The translations under genes were made by a program, and so were the position numbers. A stretch of DNA of 64,000 nt. It comes from Coleofasciculus chthonoplastes F2-STO-03 (GTDB taxonomy: Bacteria > Cyanobacteriota > Cyanobacteriia > Cyanobacteriales > Coleofasciculaceae). A model generated the notes under the pieces. That model made no database searches. It saw only the letters and a program-made list of their open reading frames with translations, and was not told the origin of the DNA. Of the stretch, positions 41,272 to 50,747 are shown piece after piece (positions within the stretch are counted from its first letter, which is position 1; every line of letters starts with the position of its first letter). Location: NCBI GenBank assembly GCA_040222015.1, contig JAVJWO010000192.1, positions 33,013-97,012 on the forward strand, given 5' to 3'.

Positions 41272-41587
41272 AAGCGCTAGGTCGCCGGTTCAAATCCGGC
41301 CAGTCCCGTCAGTAAGAGAATATCAGTAGACCGAAAAGTTTTCGGCTCAGATTGCTCTAGGAGCATGTAGAGACGCGCCATGGCGCGTCTGGAGAGTATC
41401 AAAATCTGTACGGACTAACAGAGGGTGAGAGTGGAAAGTTTTGAGGGGATCGTGGAACTTTTATAGTAATGGATTGCATTGCGGTTAAGCGTACCTTTAG
41501 ACTGGTATCTTGCGATGTAGGGGGGATTTCCAGGTTCCGCCCAAAAGAGCGCTCCTCCTTGATACCACCTGATTCTTCTGTTTATTC

Positions 41588-42202
41588 ATGCTTTTGAGGA
41601 TTTCTGTGCGTCAACGGCGATACTTGTTTTCGCGATCGCGGCGCTCTAAGGTTAGATTACTGTCCTGGTTGATGCCGATTTTGGCGGTTTCGCTATTCTG
41701 TGGCTATAAGCAAATTCAAAGTTATTTGATCCAGCCGGAAGCTATTTTGGTTTTAGGGGGAGAAGAAGAACGAGAACTGTTTGCGGCTGATTTCGCTCAG
41801 CAGCACCCCAATCTCCATATCTGGGTATCGTCCGGTAGTCCATCATGGTACACCCAAAAGGTATTCGCCAAGGCGGGAATTCCCCGCAACCACCTGCATA
41901 TTGATCGCCGTGCTACCGATACGGTAACCAACTTTACGACGTTGGTGGATGAGTTTAAAGCCCAAGGAATCGATGGTGTCTATTTGATTACAGCAGATGA
42001 TCACATGCTACGGGCGCGGGTAATTGGTGAAATTGTGTTTGGCAGTCGCGGAATCATGATTAAACCTGTCCCTGTGTCGTTAGGACGTGATCCAGAACCG
42101 ATTGAGAAATCCCTGCGGGATGGTGCAAGAGCGTTATTGTGGGTAACTACGGGATATACTGGGGCGACTCTGGGTCAGACATCGAATTTTTTGAAAAAAT
42201 AG
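41588..42202 (+). CDS. YdcF/DUF218 family protein
   Basis: ILVLGG, ATDTVTNF and ITADDHMLRA motifs. Confidence 0.85.
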   Translation: MLLRISVRQRRYLFSRSRRSKVRLLSWLMPILAVSLFCGYKQIQSYLIQPEAILVLGGEEERELFAADFAQQHPNLHIWVSSGSPSWYTQKVFAKAGIPRNHLHIDRRATDTVTNFTTLVDEFKAQGIDGVYLITADDHMLRARVIGEIVFGSRGIMIKPVPVSLGRDPEPIEKSLRDGARALLWVTTGYTGATLGQTSNFLKK

Positions 42203-42604
42203 GTGAGGAGGGCGGGTTTTGTTGTTCCGTTAGTGGTGAGGAGCTGAATTGATTCCCTAAACCCGCCCCTACAATTGTGGCTAAACCCAGCAATGTTTCA
42301 GAATTTTTTGAAAAAATAGGTGAGGAGGGCGGGTTTTGTTGTTCCGTTAGTGGTGAGGAGCTGAATTGATTCCCTAAACCCGCCCCTACAATTGTGGCTA
42401 AACCCGCCCCTACGATTGTGGCTAAACCCAGCAATGTTTCAGAATTTTTTGAAAAAATAGGTGAGGAGGGCGGGTTTTGTTGTTCCGTTAGTGGTGAGGA
42501 GCTGAATTGATTCCCTAAACCCGCCCCTACGATTGTGGTTAAACCCGCCCCTACGATTGTGGTTAAACCCGCCCCTACGATTGAGGTTGAACCCAGCAAT
42601 GTTT
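42184..42604. repeat. Triplicated intergenic unit (117/141 bp) with nested 24-bp repeats TAAACCCGCCCCTACGATTGTGG
   Basis: Units start at 42184, 42301 and 42442. Confidence 0.92.
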
Positions 42605-42897
42605 TAGGTGGCGAGTTCTTGCACTAAAACATAGGGTTGTACAATCAAAGCTTGAAACCGTTTACTTTGATCGCTATTCCAATCGGCTAATTGATTCGCA
42701 AACGGTTTGTGAAGCTGTTGGTTACTAATCCAAGACTGGACAGACAAGGTATCATCATTCGCGATCGCGACTCCAACATCCAGTATATCTAACTCTGGCT
42801 TCACCACGATCACCACATCTCGTAAGGAGTGAGGAACCAGCCAATCCCAGGCGGCTTCATCGACAGATTGGGCGAGTTCAGCTTTTAAATCTTGCAT
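42604..42897 (-). CDS. DUF2288 family protein
   Basis: W..L.PH..RD and FQALIVQPYVLVQE motifs. Confidence 0.85.
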   Translation of the reverse strand: MQDLKAELAQSVDEAAWDWLVPHSLRDVVIVVKPELDILDVGVAIANDDTLSVQSWISNQQLHKPFANQLADWNSDQSKRFQALIVQPYVLVQELAT

Positions 42898-42946
42898 GAG
42901 TTATCGAAGGACATAAAACAAAGGACGAATGACTAATGACTAATGA

Positions 42947-44560
42947 CTAATGACTAATAGACATCGCCGCATCCAAATGTTTTAATAATGTACCTTGAGG
43001 TAAAGACCCTTGTAAATGACTCCAAGGCAATATTTGTTCTGTTGACCAATTGTCATGTACATAAAAATCCAATTCTGGCAACTTGCCTTTTAATTGCTTA
43101 AACGCCCGCCGAAAACTTCCCACGGAGTCGCCATAATGCCGTGTTAATTCTAACAACTCCGACAATCGGCGATCGCCTCTGGAGATTAGCGCCTGAATTA
43201 CTGACCAATTATAGCTTTCCGGGCGAAAGTCAATCCCCTGCGATCGCAAGGTTTTCTGCAAATACTTTAACCGCTTCTGGGCAGCAGAATTCACGCCAAA
43301 CCATTGAAAGGGGGTATGGGCTTTAGGTACAAAGGTACTGCATCCTAGGGTTAAGCGTAAACCTGGGGCGGCTTTTTTGATCGCCTGCATCATGGCTACT
43401 GTTTGTTCCACATCGGACATTTCTTCGCGGGGAATACCCACCATCCCATACAGCTTGAGTGCCTTTAATCCCCCAGCCTTGGCATTAATTGCCGCCTGGA
43501 TGATCTCCTGATTATTCAATTTCTTATTAATAATTTGCCGTAATCGTTCCGAACCACTTTCTACAGCAATAGTAATTGATCGCGTGTCCCGTTTCGACAA
43601 GGTTTCAGCCAGTTTTGGCGTAACGGTATTGGTTCGCACTGAGGCAATACTCAAGCGGACATCATCATAGTCTGGTTTGGCTAGATAATCCAGCAAGACT
43701 TCAAACTCTGGATGCTGAGTTACCGACGCCCCGAGTAAGCCAATCCGCTTAGTTACCGTCAATCCGCGTTCAATCGCTGGAATCAACGAATCCGTTGCAC
43801 TTGGCGTGCGAAAGGGCAAGGTTAAATAACTAGCTAAACAAAAGCGGCACATTTCTGGGCAACTGCGTACCACTTCCACCATGTAAATATTTTCCCAAGC
43901 GGCTTTTTCGGTAACAACGGTGGAGGAGGATAAGGTATTACCGCGATAGGTTTGCTTGGTGACTGTGGCCCGAATCTGGGAATCGACGGGTTGAATGGAT
44001 GCGATCGCGCCTGTTTGATCCTGATAGGTTACCCTATACAGACTGGGAACATATATCCCTGGAACTTGGGCTAAATGCCGCAATTTTTCGGTTCTATCGG
44101 CGTGGCGAACCTGTTTATAAGCGTCAATGAAATCCCCTAATAGGGTTTCCCCATCCCCTAACAAGATCAGATCAAAGAAATCGGCAAAGGGTTCTGGGTT
44201 TGCGGTGAGTACGGGTCCGCCACCAAACACGAGGGGATGGTGATCCTCTCGTTGCGCGGATCGTACCGGAATCTCTAAGGATTCTAGTAAGGACAAAATA
44301 TTGACATAATCGAGTTCCCATGATAAGGAGAATCCGATTAATTCTGGCTGTCGGGGCAATGGTTCATGACAATCGGTAAACAAGCGGCTTACTTGTAAGT
44401 CAGATCGCTGGGCTAGGGTTGCCCAAACAACTTGATAGCCTAGGCTGGTGATTCCTACGGTGTAGTCATTGGGAAAGGCAAAGATAGTGGGAATAGCATC
44501 GGTTTCCGGGGTAGTTGGTGTAAAGAGTAGGCGTTCAGCGGTAAAGGCAGAAGCAGTCAC
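42947..44560 (-). CDS. B12-binding-domain radical SAM protein
   Basis: CPEMCRFC, AFPNDYTVGITSLG and FVPKAHTPFQ motifs. The GTG start at 44560 is inferred. Confidence 0.88.
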   Translation of the reverse strand: MTASAFTAERLLFTPTTPETDAIPTIFAFPNDYTVGITSLGYQVVWATLAQRSDLQVSRLFTDCHEPLPRQPELIGFSLSWELDYVNILSLLESLEIPVRSAQREDHHPLVFGGGPVLTANPEPFADFFDLILLGDGETLLGDFIDAYKQVRHADRTEKLRHLAQVPGIYVPSLYRVTYQDQTGAIASIQPVDSQIRATVTKQTYRGNTLSSSTVVTEKAAWENIYMVEVVRSCPEMCRFCLASYLTLPFRTPSATDSLIPAIERGLTVTKRIGLLGASVTQHPEFEVLLDYLAKPDYDDVRLSIASVRTNTVTPKLAETLSKRDTRSITIAVESGSERLRQIINKKLNNQEIIQAAINAKAGGLKALKLYGMVGIPREEMSDVEQTVAMMQAIKKAAPGLRLTLGCSTFVPKAHTPFQWFGVNSAAQKRLKYLQKTLRSQGIDFRPESYNWSVIQALISRGDRRLSELLELTRHYGDSVGSFRRAFKQLKGKLPELDFYVHDNWSTEQILPWSHLQGSLPQGTLLKHLDAAMSISH

Positions 44561-44690
44561 AAGCAGCGTTTTGTGGCAATGAGGTTTGTGCTTTCTATTG
44601 TAAGAATCTGGCACACTGATTTCACGGATTTTTGGAGAGGGTAAGGGTGGGGCGTTTGGGGGTATTTAGCCAATAGTCTTTATATGATGA

Positions 44691-45008
44691 GTGCGATCGC
44701 AACACTGATTTCGCGGATTTATAGAAACGGTAGCGGTGGGGAGTGAGAGGTTAACCCCCTGATTTCACGGAGGAGTTAGTTCTCTATAGCCAGAAGCTGT
44801 AAGTATGAATTGTCGGGGAATATTACGTCCTCTGTGTCAATCTGTGTCCTTCACGATTGAATCTTCTCTTTAGTGTCATTCAATCGGTGTAATCTGTGTT
44901 TTGGCAGTGAGCAGGAAAGAGTCTATAGGCGGGCACATTTCCCCATGATGAAATAGTACCTAAAAAATTAGCCAAAGTCAAGCCCTCTATCGTAAAAATA
45001 GAAGTGCG
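44691..45008. repeat. ~320-bp imperfect direct repeat, copy 1 (copy 2 at 45836-46163)
   Basis: Both copies begin GTGCGATCGCAACACTGATTTC, end AAAAATAGAAGTGCG and share long identical blocks. Confidence 0.9.
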
Positions 45009-45039
45009 GTGGAAATGAAGTGCGATCGCCATCTTGTTG

Positions 45040-45375
45040 TTAAACCACTCCATAGCCCGTATATTCTCGCATTTGGGGAGCCTGAAATCCTAGAATAATA
45101 TCGTCTTTTGGAACCCCTCGCTCTACAAGCTCTTGAGCCACTCTCATTTCCGTCATATTCTGCTCAATCCAAATTTTTCCCTCCTTAATATCAAAATGTA
45201 AAACACAACCATAAACTCGCCGATGACCATCCCATCCCACATTCATAACCATGTAATGGTCTTGTTTTGTATCAAAAACCGTATAACAATCAATCTTACC
45301 ATTCGCGATTGGGATAGCAGCATAATCCGTCAACACCGACTGAATGATCTGGCGATAAGACTCTAGGGTATCCAT
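45040..45375 (-). CDS. xisI: XisI family protein
   Basis: DHY.VMNVGW, GCVLHFDIK.GKIWIE and GVPKDDIILGF motifs. Confidence 0.92.
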   Translation of the reverse strand: MDTLESYRQIIQSVLTDYAAIPIANGKIDCYTVFDTKQDHYMVMNVGWDGHRRVYGCVLHFDIKEGKIWIEQNMTEMRVAQELVERGVPKDDIILGFQAPQMREYTGYGVV

Positions 45376-45560
45376 TGTAAAATTACCTCTTGAATTGGGT
45401 CATAAACAATTTGTTTAATCTGATATCTCTCTACAGATATTTGGGCAAATTCCCGCTTAAAAAAAGATTCATAAATACCGATAGGCACTGCCAAATAGAG
45501 AATCCGATTTGGGTCGCTGATTTCTCTCATCAAGCCGATAATTCAAAAACTGTCCTAACT
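45363..45560 (-). pseudogene. xisH: XisH 3' remnant (5'-truncated and frameshifted)
   Basis: LGQFLNYRL, then a +1 shift, then EISDPNRILYLAVP...YDPIQEVILQWIP*, overlapping the xisI start. Confidence 0.85.
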
Positions 45561-45835
45561 CTGATTTTACTTAACATTTTAGACAAGTGCGATCGTTCTT
45601 TGAGTTGGGATGAAGGGAGATAGTGCGATCGCTGTAGGGTGTGTTAACGCAAGTGTAACGCACCATCCAAACATAAAACGGTGCTTCTGCGGCGAGAAAA
45701 TCCCCAATTTTTTAACATTAACCCAAGCCAGCGCCTAACGCACCCTACGGGATCAATAATTCATGCGATCGCGCTTTAGCTGCACCCCATCGGATAACAA
45801 GGCTCAATCCCTTCCCACTCAGTACATTGATGATC

Positions 45836-46163
45836 GTGCGATCGCAACACTGATTTCACTGATGAGAGAGAAACGGTAGCGGTGGGGAGTGAGAGGTTAA
45901 TCACACTGATTTCACGGAGGTGTTAGTCCTCAATAGCCAGAAGAAGATTAGATTATCGGGAAATTATTAAGTCCTCTGTGTCAATCTGTGTCACTCAATA
46001 TTAAGTCTTCTCTTTAGTGTCACTCAATCTGTGTAATCTGTGTTTTGGAAGTGATCAGGAAAGAGTCTATAGGCTGGCACATTTTCCCATGATAAAATAG
46101 TAACTAAAAAATAAGCCAAAGTCAAGACCTCTACCGATAAATAAGGGTAAAAATAGAAGTGCG
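45836..46163. repeat. ~320-bp imperfect direct repeat, copy 2
   Basis: Aligns by eye with 44691-45008. Confidence 0.9.
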
Positions 46164-46200
46164 ATCGCCTTAGGCTTGAAATAAAGTGCGATCGCCCCAT

Positions 46201-46410
46201 CAATTGGTTCGCCGAACACTTTCAATCAGCTTTATATTAGCTCTCTCGCCATTCATTCACCAATATCTCAACTTCAACGCTATTCTCATGGGTAAGCTTG
46301 TTCATAACCTCATTGACATCGGGTTCAAGATAAATGGGAAAACTGAAAACGGCATCAGGATGAAAAAACTTGCCACGTTCACCCTTAGAAAAATCATAGT
46401 CTGCTTTCAT
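46201..46410 (-). pseudogene. BrnA/CopG-like antitoxin, frameshifted near the 3' end
   Basis: MKADYDFSKGERGKFF...IYLEPDV...LVNEW, then a shift in a GA microsatellite. The other frame continues RANIKLIESV. Confidence 0.6.
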
Positions 46411-46422
46411 TAATTCCCCTCC

Positions 46423-46458
46423 CTATTTAGTCGAGTCCCAATCAAAGCTATAACGCAA
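46423..46458 (-). pseudogene. BrnT-like toxin stub (first 11 codons only)
   Basis: TTG-RYSFDWDSTK* behind a GAGGTAAGGA RBS, directly upstream of the antitoxin-like gene. FxWDxxK resembles BrnT N-termini. Confidence 0.45.
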
Positions 46459-46868
46459 TCCTTACCTCACTCCCTGCCTAGGCTACAACAATTTTAACTG
46501 CCCTTGCGATCGCTGATCTGGGTTGAAATGAAGTGCGATCGCCTCATGGTGTCCGAACTGGCCCCCAATCCCAGTATCCCTCGGTACGGTAGGATTTTTT
46601 CAAGAGTTGAGATACAATTTGAGCGCTGGATTGACTTAAACCGCTTAAAAAGAAAAAATGATAATCATTGACAAACAAAATCGATTGAACCCCGGATACA
46701 CCTCAACGCCAACGAAACCGATGCTAGGATGACGCTAGATTGCCAAGTCTCACGCATCGGGATTTTACTGAGAAGGAAGCTTGGTTTCATCTATCCGGCA
46801 AATTTTGATCCCAAGCCCTAAAATAAGCAAAAGGTCATGGCGGCTTGTGGTTTAATTGAGGAGTTCAA

Positions 46869-49439
46869 GTGTCAAATTCTATCCCAAAGCACGAAGATCC
46901 ATCAAGTCAGTTTAATTCGGAGGCGGTAACGGAACAACCAACCCAGACTGCCTCAGAGGATCAGATTCAACCAGACTCCCAGCCAAAACCGTCACCACGC
47001 TTGGGTCTGGTAAGACGATGCCGCCGGGGTGTAACGGTGACGATGAATGGGATCAAGGGAATTCAGAGTACCCTGGTTAAGTCATTGGTCGGACCCCCTC
47101 CTATCTATCGTCGGCGTAAGTTTTGGGTGGGGATAGGAATGGTGGGGATCAGTGGCGGTGCGATCGCCTTCGGTTTGGGTTGGCAAGCCCTGGAAGAAAC
47201 ATTACCGGAGTCCACAGATGATGTGCTGACCTATATCCGGGATGAGACGATTACCGTAAAAGCAGCCGATGGTACGATTCTCCAGCAAATTGGACCAGCG
47301 ACTCACGATAATCTAAAAATATGGGAAATTCCGGACAGGCTAAAACAAGCGTTTATTTCGATAGAAGATCAACGCTTTGAAAATCATAGTGGACTGGATT
47401 ACCAAGGGATTGTCCGGGCGGCATTCTCCAATCTGTTAGCCAGAGATGTGGTGGAAGGCGGCAGTACGATTACCCAGCAATTGGCGCGGATTGTCTATTT
47501 TGATCAGCAACAAACCCTAGGTCGCAAGCTCAAAGAAATTCGGATGGCGCAAAAAATTGAGCAGGATTTGGAGAAAGATCAAATCTTGGAGCGCTATTTG
47601 AATCTGGTGTATTTGGGGTCTGGGGCGTATGGCGTCGCGGATGCGGCTTGGGTGTACTTTAGTAAACCCGTCACAGAATTGACCTTAGCGGAAATGGCAA
47701 CCTTGGCAGCCTTGCCACCCGCACCGAGCGAGTATTCTCCCTTTATTAATAAAAAAATAGCCCAAGAGCGGCGGAATGTGGTGCTGCGCCGGATGCAGAA
47801 AAATGGGTATATTACCGAGGGAGAAGCAGACGCCGCGATCGCGACTCCCTTAAGGACAAAGCGCAGCAACCCCAAGCGTTTAGACCGACAGGCGTCTTAT
47901 TTTACTGAATATATTCAACAAGAACTGCCGAAATACGTTCCCCCCGATGTTTTAGGTAAAAAGGGATTGATTGTGGAAACAACTCTCAATCCTCAGTGGC
48001 AAAGGGCAGCAGAAGTGGCGGTGGCAGAGACAATAGAAACCTATGGCAAATACCAACGGTTTGAACAAGCCGCATTAGTAGCAATTGATCCGCGTAATGG
48101 TCAAATCAAAGCCATGGTGGGGGGTAAGGATTTCTTTGATCAGCAATTTAACCGGGTGACGCAGGCACAACGCCAACCGGGTTCGACATTTAAAACATTT
48201 GTTTACACAACCGCGATCGCGGCAGGTTTCTCTCCCTATCAAAGTTATGAGGATGCCCCCTTTGTCGTTGATGGTTATGAACCCAAGAACTATAGTGAAA
48301 CGTTTCGCGGTTGGACTTCGATTCGGGATGCTCTCACCCATTCCGTTAACATTGTGGCAGTGAAAACCTTAATCAAGGTGGGTTGGGACCCGGTGGTGGA
48401 AATTGCCGAGAAAATGGGGATTGAATCGACCCTGAACAAAACCTATTCTCTGGCTTTGGGGGCGTCAGAAGTGAATTTATTGGAGTTGACCAGTGCTTAT
48501 GGCACATTAGCCACTCAAGGCGTACAGGTCCATCCCCATGGGATTCGCCGCATTCTGGATCGACAGGGTAAGGTGATTTATCGAGAACAGATCCAACGCG
48601 AGCGTGCCATTGACGAAGACACTGCCGCGATTATGACCTGGATGCTCCGCAAGGTGGTAACCTCCGGAACAGGAGGGAACGCTCAGTTACGCGATCGCGC
48701 CGTGGCGGGCAAAACAGGTACGTCAGACGAAGCCCGTGACCTCTGGTTTATCGGCTACATTCCCCAATTAGTGACTGGCGTTTGGCTGGGTAATGATGAT
48801 AATAAACCCACTTGGGGAGCCAGTAGCACCGCCGCCATCACTTGGCATGAGTTCATGGAAGAAGCCGTCGAAAATATGAGGGCGGAAGACTTTCCAGATC
48901 GACCTGATAAATTAGAGGGTAGGGAAGGGACGATTGAAGCCAAGCCGATCAAGCCGAAAAAAACCTATACCAAGAAATCCAATACAACAAACCAGACTAG
49001 CTCTAGAAGCAGACGGAGAAGCCGCAGCACTTCGACTTACAACAGCCGATCAACCTCTCGCTCCACCAGTCGTAGTTATTCCCCACGACGTTCAAGCAGC
49101 AGCAGAAGCAGTGGTGGAAGCAGTCGCAGTAACACCAGGAGCCAACCTGCACCCGCCCGTTCCTCCCGTCGCCAAGCCCCGGTTCGCAACACAGCGCCCA
49201 GCAACCCACCACCCAGACGGTCAGCACCTGCACCCAAACCCGCTCCACCAGCCCCAGCCCCAGCCCCAGCCCCAGCAGCTCAACCGGCAGCGGTTTCGGC
49301 TCCCCCTGTCCGCAATACTGTCCCAGCACCAGTAGCACCGCCCCCAGCGCCTCCAGCCTCGCGCAAAGCTGCACCTGCACCCGCTCCGGCTGCGCCAGCA
49401 CCTGCACCCATCACTGCTCCTCCCGCGTCTGAAGAGTAA
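46869..49439 (+). CDS. Class A penicillin-binding protein (PBP1A family)
   Basis: EDQRF, GGSTITQQL, RK..E, STFK, SVN and KTG motifs, plus an S/R-rich then P/A-rich tail. Confidence 0.93.
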   Translation: MSNSIPKHEDPSSQFNSEAVTEQPTQTASEDQIQPDSQPKPSPRLGLVRRCRRGVTVTMNGIKGIQSTLVKSLVGPPPIYRRRKFWVGIGMVGISGGAIAFGLGWQALEETLPESTDDVLTYIRDETITVKAADGTILQQIGPATHDNLKIWEIPDRLKQAFISIEDQRFENHSGLDYQGIVRAAFSNLLARDVVEGGSTITQQLARIVYFDQQQTLGRKLKEIRMAQKIEQDLEKDQILERYLNLVYLGSGAYGVADAAWVYFSKPVTELTLAEMATLAALPPAPSEYSPFINKKIAQERRNVVLRRMQKNGYITEGEADAAIATPLRTKRSNPKRLDRQASYFTEYIQQELPKYVPPDVLGKKGLIVETTLNPQWQRAAEVAVAETIETYGKYQRFEQAALVAIDPRNGQIKAMVGGKDFFDQQFNRVTQAQRQPGSTFKTFVYTTAIAAGFSPYQSYEDAPFVVDGYEPKNYSETFRGWTSIRDALTHSVNIVAVKTLIKVGWDPVVEIAEKMGIESTLNKTYSLALGASEVNLLELTSAYGTLATQGVQVHPHGIRRILDRQGKVIYREQIQRERAIDEDTAAIMTWMLRKVVTSGTGGNAQLRDRAVAGKTGTSDEARDLWFIGYIPQLVTGVWLGNDDNKPTWGASSTAAITWHEFMEEAVENMRAEDFPDRPDKLEGREGTIEAKPIKPKKTYTKKSNTTNQTSSRSRRRSRSTSTYNSRSTSRSTSRSYSPRRSSSSRSSGGSSRSNTRSQPAPARSSRRQAPVRNTAPSNPPPRRSAPAPKPAPPAPAPAPAPAAQPAAVSAPPVRNTVPAPVAPPPAPPASRKAAPAPAPAAPAPAPITAPPASEE

Positions 49440-49745
49440 AGTGTTGAGTGTTGACCCTTAACGACCTTCGAGGGAACCTGATTGGTAGGGGCGGGTTTAG
49501 GGACTTTCGTTTCACTATTGACGATAACGTTGGTTCAAAACTCGCCCTCATCTCCCAGACGTAGCATGCTACGTCTCTACATGGCTCCCCCATCTTCCTA
49601 ATCTTCCGTATCTCCCTAATCTTCCGTATCTCCCCCATCTTCTGTATCTCCCCCAACATCTTGGTCACCGCAATTCGGTCTCAGGGGTGATAGATTCTCC
49701 GGAAAGTTTTGATAGGATAGCCAAAATAGGATAAGGAGTGAATCT

Positions 49746-49961
49746 ATGTATTTGAATTTATTGATGGAAGCAGGAGCGGCTCAAGCTTCTAAATTTCCAT
49801 TCTCGTTTACATTGGTCTATGTGATCGGCTTTATCGCCGCTGTTGTCCTTGGCTCTATCGCCTGGTATAACTCCAAGCGTCCAGCCGGCTGGGAAAATAA
49901 AGAACGTCCTGACATTGTACCCAAGGTTGATACACCAGAGAATTCCAGCCAACAGAAATAA
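49746..49961 (+). CDS. psb35: Photosystem II assembly protein Psb35
   Basis: Single TM helix followed by GSIAWYNSKRPAGWE; AAGGAG RBS. Confidence 0.75.
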   Translation: MYLNLLMEAGAAQASKFPFSFTLVYVIGFIAAVVLGSIAWYNSKRPAGWENKERPDIVPKVDTPENSSQQK

Positions 49962-50103
49962 AGGCTAAATGGGGAGGGATTTACCGCAAATATGTATATG
50001 AACTACCCAGACCTACAACGTTTAGGTCTGGGTTTCTACAACCCGACCAGTAGGACTGTATTTCTGACCCAACTTAAGTGCACCTCCACACCTGGAGCCC
50101 CCA

Positions 50104-50664
50104 TTAATCTGGAAGCACCGCATGGTCATTATTCCGCAAACGCCTCAGGAGCCAATCGAATCGGGCTTGGGCAAGGGGTACATTATCAACGACTTCTTGG
50201 GATAACTCTTCAGTCTCATTCTCGTCCTTAAGCCAATCGGTTTTGGCATAACCCAGATATCGCACCGTACCCCGTAATCGAGTAGACAGAAAAATCGCGA
50301 TCGCACGATAGAAGCGTGAGGCAAATCCTTGGTCTTTTTGCAGTTTTTCCAGGAGATGATGACGCGGAATGGATAAAATCAGAGAGGTTTCCACCGCCTG
50401 AACCGTAGCCGAGGGAGGACGAGTATCCGCAAAAGACATTTCCCCGACAACCGCACCACTGGTTAATCGAGCGATTGTCTTGCCTTGCAATGCTGAAACT
50501 GATACCGATAAGGTTCCCTCTAGCAGAATCAGCAGAGTATCGATGGGTTGACCTTCCTCAATTAGGATGGTTCCTGCGGTAACTTCCTTTCGGTGTCCCA
50601 CAGCGATCATCCAATCCATATCATCGTCATTTAGTTCACCGAGTAAAAAAAATACTTTTTTCAT
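50104..50664 (-). CDS. Cyclic nucleotide-binding domain protein
   Basis: GEMSF...PSATV phosphate-binding cassette. Confidence 0.88.
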   Translation of the reverse strand: MKKVFFLLGELNDDDMDWMIAVGHRKEVTAGTILIEEGQPIDTLLILLEGTLSVSVSALQGKTIARLTSGAVVGEMSFADTRPPSATVQAVETSLILSIPRHHLLEKLQKDQGFASRFYRAIAIFLSTRLRGTVRYLGYAKTDWLKDENETEELSQEVVDNVPLAQARFDWLLRRLRNNDHAVLPD

Positions 50665-50747
50665 TTGTTATTCGTCATTCGTCCTGGGTGGAAACCTGCC
50701 GGATTGGTTAAAATTATAACTTTTAACAAAGTTGACATACACCCTGA

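Larger units (their letters stand above)
40367..41308 (+). tRNA. trnR-CCU: tRNA-Arg(CCT), intron-split (exons 40367-40403 and 41272-41308)
   Basis: Acceptor stem GGGGCTG/CAGTCCC, D-arm GCTC/GAGC, anticodon stem AGCGC/GCGCT with loop CT-CCT|AA, T-arm GCCGG-TTCAAAT-CCGGC. CCA is not encoded. Confidence 0.95.

Noticed and set aside
42147..42599. 150-aa repetitive ORF (TIVGAGL repeats)
   Set aside because: It is a translation of the REP tandem array, antisense to the end of the YdcF gene.
42184..42604. Possible CRISPR array
   Set aside because: The segments between repeats are identical rather than unique spacers, the units are 117-141 bp, and no cas genes are present.
45040..45560. fdxN-type excision element
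   Set aside because: There is no XisF recombinase or interrupted host gene. xisH/xisI pairs are commonly stand-alone and xisH is broken here.
48934..49668. ORFs overlapping the PBP1A tail and downstream repeats
   Set aside because: They are frame shadows of low-complexity Pro/Ala/Ser codons and of 9-bp/REP repeats.
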